Assembly (NCBI GenBank): GCA_049472315.1
Contig: JBLIRN010000023.1
Location: 1-43,911, forward strand
Direction: 5' to 3'
Origin: a bacterium
GTDB taxonomy: Bacteria; SZUA-182; DTGQ01; JAFGSM01
DNA length: 43,911 nucleotides
Part shown: positions 19,435 to 28,844 of the stretch, piece by piece
Position numbering within the stretch: position 1 is the stretch's first letter
Layout of the letters: each line of letters opens with the position of its first letter
Position numbers and translations under genes: made by a program
The notes under the pieces: model-generated
Seen by the model: only the letters and a program-made list of their open reading frames with translations
Told to the model about the DNA's origin: nothing
The model's database searches: none

Positions 19435-19741
19435 TGCGGATACCTTGATGAAACGTGTCCGGGATCACGGAGAGGGCGGAGCCCAGGGAATAAAACAGCA
19501 TGTAGCATATAATAAGGCCCACCAGGATGGCAAGCCCGGCCCGGATGAGGCGGGGCAGTCTTCGCCTCCTTGAGACGGCGCCTGTTTCCTTGGCCAGGCA
19601 TACGGTGCATAGGACCCTCCCCTTGTGCTCGGTGACGCATTCCCTGCAGAAATAATGACCACAGGAAAGGCAGAGGGCGACCGCCTCCCGTTCGGGATGT
19701 ATGAGGCAATGGGTGTCTTGTACTGAAAGCGAAGATCTCAT
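19421..19741 (-). CDS. B-box-type zinc-finger membrane protein
   Basis: CLIHPEREAVALCLSC..FCREC..LCTVC followed by a TM helix; coupled to both neighbours. Confidence 0.85.
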   Translation of the reverse strand: MRSSLSVQDTHCLIHPEREAVALCLSCGHYFCRECVTEHKGRVLCTVCLAKETGAVSRRRRLPRLIRAGLAILVGLIICYMLFYSLGSALSVIPDTFHQGIRIEKD

Positions 19742-20727
19742 GACCGTGCATACATCGAGTGATGTCCCTTCAGACTCATCACCGCCCCCAATACCACTAT
19801 AAGAATTTCGAGGCCCACGTAAGTCACCTTCATGAGCATGAAACGGGGATCGGTCTGAATGAGCATCATAAACGGCGTCTCCGCCATAAGGCCCTTTTCA
19901 ACGATGATGACGATCCCCAGCACAAAGCTTGCGAACATGGAGGAGAGTACTATGAGGAACGTTGACCAGGCAAGGATTTGAAGGGGAGGTCTGATGAGGA
20001 GGCCCCGCTGCTTGAAGAGCACCACCACATTAACGATGAGGAGCACGACGGAAAAGGTGCCGAGCAGGGCGGCAGTATTCCCCGGGAATTGTATCTGGTA
20101 GGCGCTTACGATCACCTTGAAGAAGAGGAGCACCAGAAAAAGGGAATACAGGGTATTGTATTTGGTGGTGGGGAGCCGTTTTTCCCCCTTTCGTTGATTC
20201 TTTCTGAGAGGGGTGCAGAACCGGGGAGCCGAGTATTCAAGGCTCTCTCCGGTAAGAAATGAGGCATCGAGTGCCCCCTGGTGCTCCTCGATGAGTGTCT
20301 GTATTGTGTTCATGACCCTTTTTGATTTCCGGTAGCGTTTTGCAAAAACGACATCCTCGGTGGAGGTGACGGTTCGGATCTGTCCCTTGGACGTAGGCCC
20401 GAAGGCAAGATCGATGATCGGGACCACCATGAAGAGGACAGGGAAAAAGGAGAGCGCCAGGGCCAGATCAAGGGAATTCTTTGCAAAAAGAGAGGAAACG
20501 AGAACAATGATCACTACAATGATGAGGACATCGACCAGTGCCCGGAATTTCCAGGAGGGACTTTTGTAGGTAATAAGGGAGATGATGTCGTCGTAAAAAA
20601 AACGGCGGTATTCGGCGGTGTATCCCCCTACCTTTTCCACGAGCAGATGGTCGCCCAGGCTGTAGAGGTTCGTCCATCTGAAAAACCCATTTCGCTTGCT
20701 CAGTCTTTTTATTGCTGTATGGCCCAT
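19738..20727 (-). CDS. Hypothetical multi-pass membrane protein of the MoxR operon
   Basis: True start ATG 20727, just after the upstream stop; LGDHLL..YTAEYRRFFYDDI; about 6 TM segments. Confidence 0.8.
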   Translation of the reverse strand: MGHTAIKRLSKRNGFFRWTNLYSLGDHLLVEKVGGYTAEYRRFFYDDIISLITYKSPSWKFRALVDVLIIVVIIVLVSSLFAKNSLDLALALSFFPVLFMVVPIIDLAFGPTSKGQIRTVTSTEDVVFAKRYRKSKRVMNTIQTLIEEHQGALDASFLTGESLEYSAPRFCTPLRKNQRKGEKRLPTTKYNTLYSLFLVLLFFKVIVSAYQIQFPGNTAALLGTFSVVLLIVNVVVLFKQRGLLIRPPLQILAWSTFLIVLSSMFASFVLGIVIIVEKGLMAETPFMMLIQTDPRFMLMKVTYVGLEILIVVLGAVMSLKGHHSMYARS

Positions 20728-20729
20728 TG

Positions 20730-21320
20730 CTATATCCCTGAAATAAAGCCTATGAACAGTATCGCCCATACAGCAAGCTGTGCCCCTGCAATCAGCCCCG
20801 CAAGATAGAACCGCCACCTTTTTCTGGGGATGATATACTGTTTCGGCTCCTTGAAATGCCGCCAGATGTAAAACAAGGTGAAGGGCGCTGTGACAAAGTA
20901 GATCGGCCAGAAAAAGGTCAACACCACCGCCACGTTGAGGGCAATCGCATCCCTGAAGGTAACCTCGTTGGTAAACGTGCTCACCCTTTTTTCCTGGTCG
21001 AGTTTTTCGAGGCAGGTGGGGCATACGATGCGATTCTGGATATCCAGTTCGCACAGGGAGCACAGGAACCTGCCGCACTCCGAACAGAGGGAGACCGCAA
21101 GCTTTTCAGGGTGATAATAGCAGCTTGATTCGCTGCCTGCGGTAACGTCGGCAGCGGTTTCCTGCATATCCTTTGTCTTGAAGAAACGGGGGTACAGCCT
21201 GCCTGTCATCACCAGCCCGCAGTGGGGGCAGGAGGCATCGGAGGGAGCGGCGAAGATTTGCGGGCTGAGCGGCGATGAACACCGGGGACAGGTTATGGTA
21301 TGTTGTATCAGTTGGGTCAT
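20730..21320 (-). CDS. Zinc-ribbon plus B-box zinc-finger membrane protein
   Basis: CPRC..CPHC; CYYH..CSEC..CSLC..CPTC; C-terminal TM helices. Confidence 0.85.
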   Translation of the reverse strand: MTQLIQHTITCPRCSSPLSPQIFAAPSDASCPHCGLVMTGRLYPRFFKTKDMQETAADVTAGSESSCYYHPEKLAVSLCSECGRFLCSLCELDIQNRIVCPTCLEKLDQEKRVSTFTNEVTFRDAIALNVAVVLTFFWPIYFVTAPFTLFYIWRHFKEPKQYIIPRKRWRFYLAGLIAGAQLAVWAILFIGFISGI

Positions 21321-21874
21321 TTCTTTACCACCAGCGTTTCGCAGATCCTGTCATGCAGGGCCCGTTTTTCGCTGTCAAAGGCCGCCATGATATATCCGAT
21401 GTTCAGAATGAGTCCGGAGAGCATTTCGGCGAAAAAGCGGGCAAATGCCTTTTTATACGATATGGGGGTGCCGTCGGTGTTGACGATCTTTGCGCCGATC
21501 AACATCTTGCCGGGTGTTGCGCCGTATCTCCCGTTGAAGAACACGTAATAGACAATAGTCATGATAAATAAGAAGGAAAAGGAAAGGGAGAGGATGGAGA
21601 AGAAATAAAGGGGATCGGAGATCGATTCTGCGGTGGGTATGGTAATGAAAAGGTTCATGGTCTGAAAGAGGATTCCCAGGAGAAATCCATCGAACCAGTC
21701 GGCAACGAACCGTATCCAGAAACCCTTGTAAACGAAACCGGTAACGCTCGTATCACCTTCCTGGATCTTTTTGAGAAAGAAGGGCTTACAGGTTCCGCAG
21801 ACAGGGAGGCCCTTGATGGTCACTATATCAGACGCCTCGAACATCTCACCGCATTGGCTGCACGCCACCGGCAT
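21317..21874 (-). CDS. RDD family protein with N-terminal zinc finger
   Basis: CSQC..CGTCK; YKGFWIRFVADWFD, GATPGKM, KRALHDRICETLVV; SD-like GAGAGG. Confidence 0.92.
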   Translation of the reverse strand: MPVACSQCGEMFEASDIVTIKGLPVCGTCKPFFLKKIQEGDTSVTGFVYKGFWIRFVADWFDGFLLGILFQTMNLFITIPTAESISDPLYFFSILSLSFSFLFIMTIVYYVFFNGRYGATPGKMLIGAKIVNTDGTPISYKKAFARFFAEMLSGLILNIGYIMAAFDSEKRALHDRICETLVVKK

Positions 21875-22326
21875 CCTCTCTCACCCCCTATCGGTAGGCA
21901 GAAATTATTCTATGCCCTACGTGCCAAATGTATTAGACAATTACATTCAACTGCTTATAGGCATATGCAATGCGAAAACTGCCTCAAGCATGGACCTGTT
22001 TTGATCGGGTCGCACATGTTATGATGCTAACATATTGTCTTTACATTTTTATCGGTATTTTGCATCGTTCAATCCATACAAAAGGATATCCATAAACCCC
22101 CGGTTTGTCAATCTGAAGAACCTTGAACGGTCCATGGATTCAGCGAATCGCAGGTTCCGTGGACGGGGATCACAGAGGGCAGGGGAGGGCGTATCGGATT
22201 GAAGGCCCTTCAATCGAATTCTGTACAATAGGGTTTGAGTCTGGTATATTCCATTGTGGAAATTGTGAGGGTTGGGCAGGTGCAATTTTGACATTTCGTC
22301 GTCTCAATAGGTATACGGGGAGGATT

Positions 22327-23073
22327 ATGCGCTTCGGAAGGATCTTTCGTATTGCCGTTGCAACCGGTTGCATGCTTTGTTGCGCGGTTTCCGTTGCAGC
22401 CCTCGATGGGGATGAGATCCTGATGAGGGTTGACCGGAACCTGAATCCGGAATCCTACGAATCCTATAAGAAGCTCATCAACATAGAGCCCGACGGCAGG
22501 AAGAAGGAATTTGTGCTCTTCACCATCAAGAAGGGAAGGGATAAGGTGGCGGCGCTTTTTCTATCCCCTGCAAGTGAAAAGGGGAGGGCAACCCTTCGGC
22601 TCGATGAAAACATGTGGCTTTATATCCCCAATGTAGGAAAGCCCTTACGCATAACCAGTCTTCAGTCGGTGGTGGGAGGGGTCTTCAATAACGCCGACAT
22701 CCTGCGCCTCGACTATGCGGAGGAATACGGGGTGGAAAAGGTTGAACCAATTGAAAAACAATACGTTTTACATCTCAAGGCGAAGTCATCGACTGTTGCC
22801 TATGACCGGCTGACGATGTGGGTGGAACAGGAGAGGCTCCTGCCAACCAGGATCGATTGTCTCACCCAGGATGGCATGCTCATAAAAACCCTTTATTTCA
22901 AAGAGATAAAGAAATTTGAGGGAGGCGTGGAGCGTCCGTCCGTGGTGGAGACGGAAAGCCCGCTGCATAAGGGCTACACATCCGTCATGATATTCGCACA
23001 GATACGCCCCCGGGAATTCAAGGATGAGGTTTTCACCCTCACGTATATGCCCAATCTGGACTCTCTTCGCTAA
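22327..23073 (+). CDS. Outer-membrane lipoprotein-sorting (LolA-like) protein
   Basis: Signal peptide ..VAA|LDG; FLSPASEKGRATL, MWLYIP, GGVFNNAD, GMLIKTL, FTLTYM; start trimmed to ATG 22327. Confidence 0.88.
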   Translation: MRFGRIFRIAVATGCMLCCAVSVAALDGDEILMRVDRNLNPESYESYKKLINIEPDGRKKEFVLFTIKKGRDKVAALFLSPASEKGRATLRLDENMWLYIPNVGKPLRITSLQSVVGGVFNNADILRLDYAEEYGVEKVEPIEKQYVLHLKAKSSTVAYDRLTMWVEQERLLPTRIDCLTQDGMLIKTLYFKEIKKFEGGVERPSVVETESPLHKGYTSVMIFAQIRPREFKDEVFTLTYMPNLDSLR

Positions 23074-24364
23074 CCTGGCCCTTGTGCCGCTTGTGTTGAT
23101 CCTTTTCCTGCCATGCGCCGGCAAGGCCCAGGAAGAATACTCCTTCGACCTTTCGGAATTCGAAAAGAGGCCCTTTCACCTGGGCGGGTATGTCGAGGTG
23201 CAGCCCGTGCTCTTCGGGCTCGACCGCAACGCATCCCTTCACAAGCTTAGATTGTACCGGTATGACGAGGGAAGGACCCTGGAGGAATACAATACGGAGA
23301 TCCAGGTGGATGGCAGTTATGAATGGGAAAGGACCAGGATAGTCGCGCGGGTCAATTCCGCCTCGACGAAATCCTACCTTGGATGGTCGGATAGAATCGA
23401 CCTGTACGAGGGATATGTATCCTGCTCCCCGTCCGTATCCCTTGCCCTGGAGGCTGGGAAAAGGCAACTGAAATGGGGGAAGGGATATGCATGGAATCCG
23501 GTTGCGTTTCTGGACAGGCCCAAGAATCCCGATGATCCGGAGCAGAGCATGGAGGGATTCGTGATCGCCAAGGTGGACTACATCCGGAGCACTGAAGGAC
23601 CGCTGAAGTCGTTTACCCTGACGCCGGTTCTGATACCGGTGTATCGTGATGTCAACGAGGAGTTCGGCGAGGCGGATCACCTGAATGCGGCGCTGAAGAT
23701 CTACACCCTTTTGTATGACACGGACATCGATCTGATCCTCTTTGCCGGAGGGAGCAGAACCGACCGGTACGGGTTGGATTTTTCGCGAAACATCACCTCG
23801 AATTTCGAGGTACATGGCGAATGGGCATGCACGGAGGACGCGCGGATACGATATATCGACGCCAATGGAACGGCACTTCAAAGGACAGTGGATGCCCGGG
23901 ATCTCCTGCTTGGGATACGATACCTCACCGAGGGTGACACGACCTATATTGCCGAGTACTACCATCAGGGGGCCGGATTCTCGGAGGAGGAGATGGAGCG
24001 TTACTATGACTTCATCGATAGGGCATACGAGGCGTATCGCACCACGGGCGATGAGTCACTGCTCAACAGGGCGTTAGGCCTCGGTGAAGGGGGCTTCGGC
24101 AGGCTCACTCCCATGAGGGATTATCTCTACCTTCGCATCAGCAAGAAAGAGCCCTTCGACATTCTCTACTTCACGCCTTCCATCACCGTGATTCACAACC
24201 TCTCCGACGGCAGCCTCTCGGTTTCTCCAGAGGTGCTCTATGAACCCATAACGAATCTCGAGCTGCGTTTAAAGGTCGGCATACTCTCTGGTTCGGATCG
24301 TACCGAGTATGGAGAGAAGCAAAACGATTATCGAGTTGAAATAAGAGGAAGATACTATTATTAA
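23024..24364 (+). CDS. Putative outer-membrane beta-barrel protein
   Basis: Signal peptide ..GKA|Q; AGKRQLKWGKGYAWNP, AEYYHQGAG; C-terminal alternating strand ending RYYY; start uncertain. Confidence 0.75.
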   Translation: MRFSPSRICPIWTLFANLALVPLVLILFLPCAGKAQEEYSFDLSEFEKRPFHLGGYVEVQPVLFGLDRNASLHKLRLYRYDEGRTLEEYNTEIQVDGSYEWERTRIVARVNSASTKSYLGWSDRIDLYEGYVSCSPSVSLALEAGKRQLKWGKGYAWNPVAFLDRPKNPDDPEQSMEGFVIAKVDYIRSTEGPLKSFTLTPVLIPVYRDVNEEFGEADHLNAALKIYTLLYDTDIDLILFAGGSRTDRYGLDFSRNITSNFEVHGEWACTEDARIRYIDANGTALQRTVDARDLLLGIRYLTEGDTTYIAEYYHQGAGFSEEEMERYYDFIDRAYEAYRTTGDESLLNRALGLGEGGFGRLTPMRDYLYLRISKKEPFDILYFTPSITVIHNLSDGSLSVSPEVLYEPITNLELRLKVGILSGSDRTEYGEKQNDYRVEIRGRYYY

Positions 24365-24889
24365 TTAATGTAAATTATAGCTAAAATAAAAATATATCAA
24401 TAAAAATAAGTAGTTATGCTGATATAATTGTTGACATCTTATATATAGGGCGCAATAAGGGTGCAAAAGGCGTGGATCCTGATTTTCAGGAGGAATGAAA
24501 TTTTTTTGCCATTCTTTTCAATACATAGACATTATGTTCTCAACCGTTGGTCCGGACTCGCTCCCATGAAGGGCTTAGATCTTGATATACCTTGAATTTT
24601 TGGCCGGGTCGGCGATGCCGTAGAGATATTTGCCTTATCAAAATATCGAAACAATGCTGACGCGGAAGGGTATTGCTGCCGGGTTTTATATTCAGACAGA
24701 TAAGCTGGAACCAGCACAAGGACGGCGAGGATTGTGTGCCTTGATGTCGCGTGAATGGCTGAAATGGTATAATCTTCGCGAGTATAACCATTCATCCCCC
24801 CTTTTTCGTGGCTTAGAGAGGCTCCTGAGCGGCCGTATTTTGGGAAGGGGGGGTACATATACAACGTCTGATAAGGTATATTATGTAAA

Positions 24890-25120
24890 CTAAAATGTTC
24901 CTGTTCCGATTCCTTTCAGCTCCCAGATATCATGTTCCCTGTCATACCGTAAAAGGTACATCCTGCCGTCCTCGGCAAGGGTGTTGAAGAATTCGAACTC
25001 CGGAGTCCGCCACTGGTCGATGACCCTCTCCACCATACGGCGTTTGCCGTCAACAACAATATATCGCGGCCGCTCATGCGTCTTATACCCTTCATAACAT
25101 TCAACGCGTAAGGAATGCAT
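24890..25120 (-). CDS. Small conserved hypothetical protein (DUF6504-like)
   Basis: VECY.GYK..ERP, V.RVIDQW, F....DG..Y.LRYD...D.WEL pattern. Confidence 0.7.
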   Translation of the reverse strand: MHSLRVECYEGYKTHERPRYIVVDGKRRMVERVIDQWRTPEFEFFNTLAEDGRMYLLRYDREHDIWELKGIGTGTF

Positions 25121-25363
25121 GTGAAATCAAATGGATATCACGCAGGAAAAGCCGAGATGATGCTTCTCCTGCGTGACCGAAAGGATTATATCCATGAATG
25201 CGGGTAAAGGGAGGGGGGCCGTACAATCCGATAAAGAAGAAAAAAGGATTGCTCCGGGCTACCCCCCCGTCCCCCGCAATGACAGGCACGTTGCATTTTG
25301 GATAACCGGGAATCATTATCATTCGAAATAGGCATCATATCGTTCTCACAATTCGTTTTCCCA

Positions 25364-26101
25364 TCAAATGGCCGGCAGCGGAATCGGTATCGGTATGGTC
25401 CCGGTTGGCGCCGGTGTTGGTATGGGAAGAGTCGGCAGCGTTGGCACGGGGAATGTTGTGGGTGGCGTAGGAGCAGGGAGGAAAGTAGGCGGTGTCCACG
25501 GTGACGGGGCGGTCGGTGGTGTCGGTATGATCGGGGTTATCGGTGTGAGAGTGGTTACAGGGCTAGGAACAGGTATGGGTATGGTAACCGGTGAAGGAGG
25601 CAGCGGCGGCGGTGCCGGAAAGGTCGGCAAAAAGGGCAGCGTAAATGTTGGTGTTGTAGGCAGAGGAATCGTTATTGGCGCTATGGTAGCAATCGGTGGT
25701 GCGCCGATCACGGTTGCGGTAGCAAGCCCCGCCGGTGTTGGTAGTGCAACGGGTGCAATCGCCGTAATGGGGGCCACTGCAATCGGTGATGCTATGGGAG
25801 TAGTGGCCGCATTCATTACCCTGATAAGCGGCAGTGCTGAAAATTGTGACGCTAGAAATGGTGAGAGGATTGGCAATGTGCCGTATGCACCGAGAGAAAT
25901 CCTGGAGGGTATCCAGGGCGTCAGGATGTTGCTCGCAAAAAAGGGATTGCTGAAGTTCCCGAGCAGTGAATAAAAAGGGAAAAGGCCCTGTGGAGCCAGC
26001 GGTGCGAAATAGGCCTCGGCGGGGAACACTGTGAGAATGGCAACAATACACAGAAAGAGCCCGAGTAGCAGGAACCATTGATTTTTTGTACATCCATTCA
26101 T
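25364..26101 (-). CDS. Secreted Pro/Thr-rich low-complexity protein
   Basis: SD GGAGGT; signal peptide AEA|Y; long P/T/I/A-rich tail; own promoter. Confidence 0.8.
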   Translation of the reverse strand: MNGCTKNQWFLLLGLFLCIVAILTVFPAEAYFAPLAPQGLFPFYSLLGNFSNPFFASNILTPWIPSRISLGAYGTLPILSPFLASQFSALPLIRVMNAATTPIASPIAVAPITAIAPVALPTPAGLATATVIGAPPIATIAPITIPLPTTPTFTLPFLPTFPAPPPLPPSPVTIPIPVPSPVTTLTPITPIIPTPPTAPSPWTPPTFLPAPTPPTTFPVPTLPTLPIPTPAPTGTIPIPIPLPAI

Positions 26102-26289
26102 AGGATTACCTCCCGGAGGGATGCAATAGGACGCGGTTATAAAGATCGAGGCTCTGGTCTGCTGAAATGATGTAATACAACGGAAGGTCTGAAGCGCTCG
26201 CTTCCCACACCTAACCCCCCCTTTTTTTCAGGTGAAGAAGAGAAAGTGCCGATAATGAAAAAATGAATGTATATAGCGTTATTTTTTAT

Positions 26290-26318
26290 ATAATAAAATT
26301 TTATTGTATATTTGTCAA
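26290..26318 (-). promoter_or_regulatory. sigma70-type promoter
   Basis: Minus strand TTGACA-17 nt-TATTAT. Confidence 0.65.
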
Positions 26319-26451
26319 GGAGTGCGTGAGAAGCTGCGGATGATTGGCCGAGGGAGAGCAATGATGGTTATGCATAACACAAGAGGCAACGTACCGGATG
26401 GTGGGTCCCGGTGCGTTGCCTCTTTGTAATTACCCAGGGTTTCCTGAAGGT

Positions 26452-27222
26452 CTATTCAACAGTGACCGTTACCTCGAAGGTATCCTGCACGGTCGTTTCC
26501 CAGGTTCGTTTGTAATCCAGCTTAATTGTAGTGGTGCCGTCATCTTCGGCCTCGAAGATCCATTGCTCAAACCCACCTGCACCTACTATATAGCCTGTCG
26601 CATTTCCGGGGAAATACTGATTGCTCTTCTTGGAAACCACATCGGTATTGAGTTCGCCGGTATCGAGCACCCATTGATACCCTGTGGTTACGTTTGACTC
26701 GAGCACGATGCTGATGGTGTCTCCCACATCAACAGTGATTGTTGTTCCGTCGTCACCCGAGTCCAGGTCCACATCCGCATCCTGATATTGCAGTTGCTGC
26801 TGCCAGGGATTCTGCCAGGGATTTTGGTATGGATTCTGGTATGGATTCTGATAGGGGTTTTGCCATGTGCTCTGCCACGGACTTTGCCACGAGCTTTGCC
26901 ATGGGCTTTGGAATGGGCTCTGCCACGAAGTCTGCCACGAGCTTTGCCATGGGCTTTGCCATTGACTCTGGAACGGGCTTTGCCATTGACTCTGGAACGG
27001 ACTTTGCCATGAACTTTGCCACGGGCTTTGCCATTGACTTTGGACAGGGCTCTGCCACGGGCTTTGGAATGGGCTCAGGTAGGATTGAGGGTAAAAAGAG
27101 TTTGAAAAGCCAAAAAATTGGGCCGTTCCGGTTCCCGGTGCGGTCAAGGCAATCAACATTGTCATGAGAATGGTGGTGACTATACTGTAAGGCATTGCAT
27201 GGTGCAGGTTGCGTGCGAGCAT
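26452..27222 (-). CDS. Secreted protease inhibitor I42 (chagasin) family protein with N-terminal Q-rich repeats
   Basis: C-terminal domain VGDTISIVLESNVTTGYQW..VGAGG..W.FEA...GTTTIKLDYKRTWE; signal peptide GTA|Q; SD GGAGGT. Confidence 0.9.
   Translation of the reverse strand: MLARNLHHAMPYSIVTTILMTMLIALTAPGTGTAQFFGFSNSFYPQSYLSPFQSPWQSPVQSQWQSPWQSSWQSPFQSQWQSPFQSQWQSPWQSSWQTSWQSPFQSPWQSSWQSPWQSTWQNPYQNPYQNPYQNPWQNPWQQQLQYQDADVDLDSGDDGTTITVDVGDTISIVLESNVTTGYQWVLDTGELNTDVVSKKSNQYFPGNATGYIVGAGGFEQWIFEAEDDGTTTIKLDYKRTWETTVQDTFEVTVTVE
26803..27066 (-). repeat. 22 tandem 12-bp coding repeats (Q-S/N/T-P/S/Q/T-W/F/Y/V)
   Basis: QSPW QSPV QSQW QSPW QSSW QSPF ... QNPY QNPY QNPY QNPW QNPW. Confidence 0.92.
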
Positions 27223-27541
27223 TAGGAACCTCCCCCCGTGTAATGGCGGCGCATAATGAATTGTGTAAACATAATGTAATTTCGGTTTACAATATTAAAG
27301 CATAATTTATACCATATCTTGATGCCCCCTGCCCTGTTCAACACCCGACTCAATATGTGCTAATTAGTTGTTTTAGAATAATTAATAGCTGCGAATGCAT
27401 CATAAGAAAAATGATACGCAATCAAAATAGGTGAAATAAAATGCATATAGTGAAAAATAATATCTATAATCAGAAAAATAAGCAAAAAAATGCAGATAGC
27501 CGTTGGGCGATGCACCAAAGGGGATATAAATCATAAATTTC

Positions 27542-27570
27542 TTGCGTATTGTAAAAAATACCACTACAAT
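27542..27570 (+). promoter_or_regulatory. sigma70-type promoter of the RND operon
   Basis: TTGCGT-17 nt-TACAAT. Confidence 0.45.
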
Positions 27571-27657
27571 ATGATCGTTTGTGAGGGCATGACGTTCGAC
27601 GCATATTTCGACGTATATGTATACAAGGATGCATATAAGGAAGTTACAGGAGTGTTC

Positions 27658-28833
27658 ATGAAGAGGGTTTTTTTATGGTCGGCGCTTTTCGGCGTGATCA
27701 TCCTCATGGGATGGTGGATGTCCCAGCGATTCATTTCTTCCCGGGACGATACACATACTGCCAGAAAGGTCCCCGCAGTTGCCGTTGAGGTCGCTCCGAT
27801 CTTCAGGGGCACTATTCGGAATGTCCAGAGGTTCACCGGCACGCTCGTGCCAAAGGCGCATTTCGTCGTGGCACCCAAGATCGGAGGGAGACTGGAACGA
27901 CTTATGGTCAATATCGGGGATACCGTGGAACGCGATCAATTGATCGCCGTGGTTGAGGATGCCGAATACGTCCAGGAGGTTGAGGAGGCCCGTGCAGAGC
28001 TTGCCGTTGCCAAGGCCTCCCTTGAGGAACAGACCAGCGCGCTCGACAGCATCCAGCGGGAGTTCAACCGGATTCTCGCCCTGCGTGAGAAGAAGATCGC
28101 CTCGGAGTCAGAGCTCGATGCGCTGCAGGCGGAGCTCGAGGTGGGCAAGGCCAAGCACAAGCTTGCCATGGCGCAGGTCTCTCAAAAGGAGGCAGCCTTG
28201 AAGGCTGCCCAGGTGCGCCTTTCCTATACCCGGATCCGGGCGTCATGGGAGGATGGTGATGGAAACCGCGTAGTGGGGGAGCGTTTTGTGGACGAAGGGG
28301 CCATGCTCTCGGCTAACGCTCCAATTGTCTCGATATACGACATAAGCTCCCTGACCGCCGTTATCTTCGTGATCGAGCGCGACTATCCCAAGGTGCAGGT
28401 CGGGCAGGACGCCCTCCTCACCACTGATGCGTATCCCCAGAGGACCTTTGCCGGAAGGATCATTCGTGTTGCTCCGGTGCTCAAGGAGGCATCCCGACAG
28501 GCACGTGTGGAGATCGAGGTGTCCAATCCGGCGTGGCTCCTCAAGCCGGGCATGTTTGCCCGGGTGGAACTCGAATTTGCCCATCACGAGGATGTTACCC
28601 TGGTGCCGGTGACCTCTATCGCCCGTCGTGGAGAGCAACAGGGGGTATTCCTCGTGGATGCGGAGGGGATGAAGGCGGTGTTCACCCCGGTGAGCCTGGG
28701 CATTGTGAACGGCGAGACAGCCGAAGTGCTGAGCCCTCCCCTTTCCGGTCGGGTTGTCACCATGGGGCAGCACCTTCTCGAGGACGGCTCTCCCCTCATC
28801 CTTCCCGAGAACACCCCGGATGAAAGGGAATAA
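27658..28833 (+). CDS. RND efflux periplasmic adaptor (membrane fusion protein)
   Basis: N-terminal anchor, VAPKIGGRL..VNIGDTV, helical hairpin, LSYTRIRA, LKPGMFARV; SD AGGAG; start 27658. Confidence 0.95.
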   Translation: MKRVFLWSALFGVIILMGWWMSQRFISSRDDTHTARKVPAVAVEVAPIFRGTIRNVQRFTGTLVPKAHFVVAPKIGGRLERLMVNIGDTVERDQLIAVVEDAEYVQEVEEARAELAVAKASLEEQTSALDSIQREFNRILALREKKIASESELDALQAELEVGKAKHKLAMAQVSQKEAALKAAQVRLSYTRIRASWEDGDGNRVVGERFVDEGAMLSANAPIVSIYDISSLTAVIFVIERDYPKVQVGQDALLTTDAYPQRTFAGRIIRVAPVLKEASRQARVEIEVSNPAWLLKPGMFARVELEFAHHEDVTLVPVTSIARRGEQQGVFLVDAEGMKAVFTPVSLGIVNGETAEVLSPPLSGRVVTMGQHLLEDGSPLILPENTPDERE

Positions 28834-28844
28834 GGGATACGTCC

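Noticed and set aside
20728..21078. N-terminal extension of the 446-aa ORF
   Set aside because: Overlaps the zinc-finger gene in another frame; the ATG at 20727 fits operon coupling
21959..21974. sigma54-like GG-N10-GC on the plus strand
   Set aside because: Lacks the TGG and TTGC context and is about 350 nt from the next gene
25200..25277. Imperfect G-rich/C-rich inverted repeat
   Set aside because: Many mismatches and low complexity; cannot be supported as a terminator or RNA element
25368..25973. 201-aa Gly/Val-rich ORF on the plus strand
   Set aside because: Antisense mirror of the Pro/Thr gene, which has the promoter, SD and signal peptide
26803..27066. Regular short repeats resembling a CRISPR array
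   Set aside because: 12-bp period with no unique spacers, in-frame within a coding gene, and no cas genes
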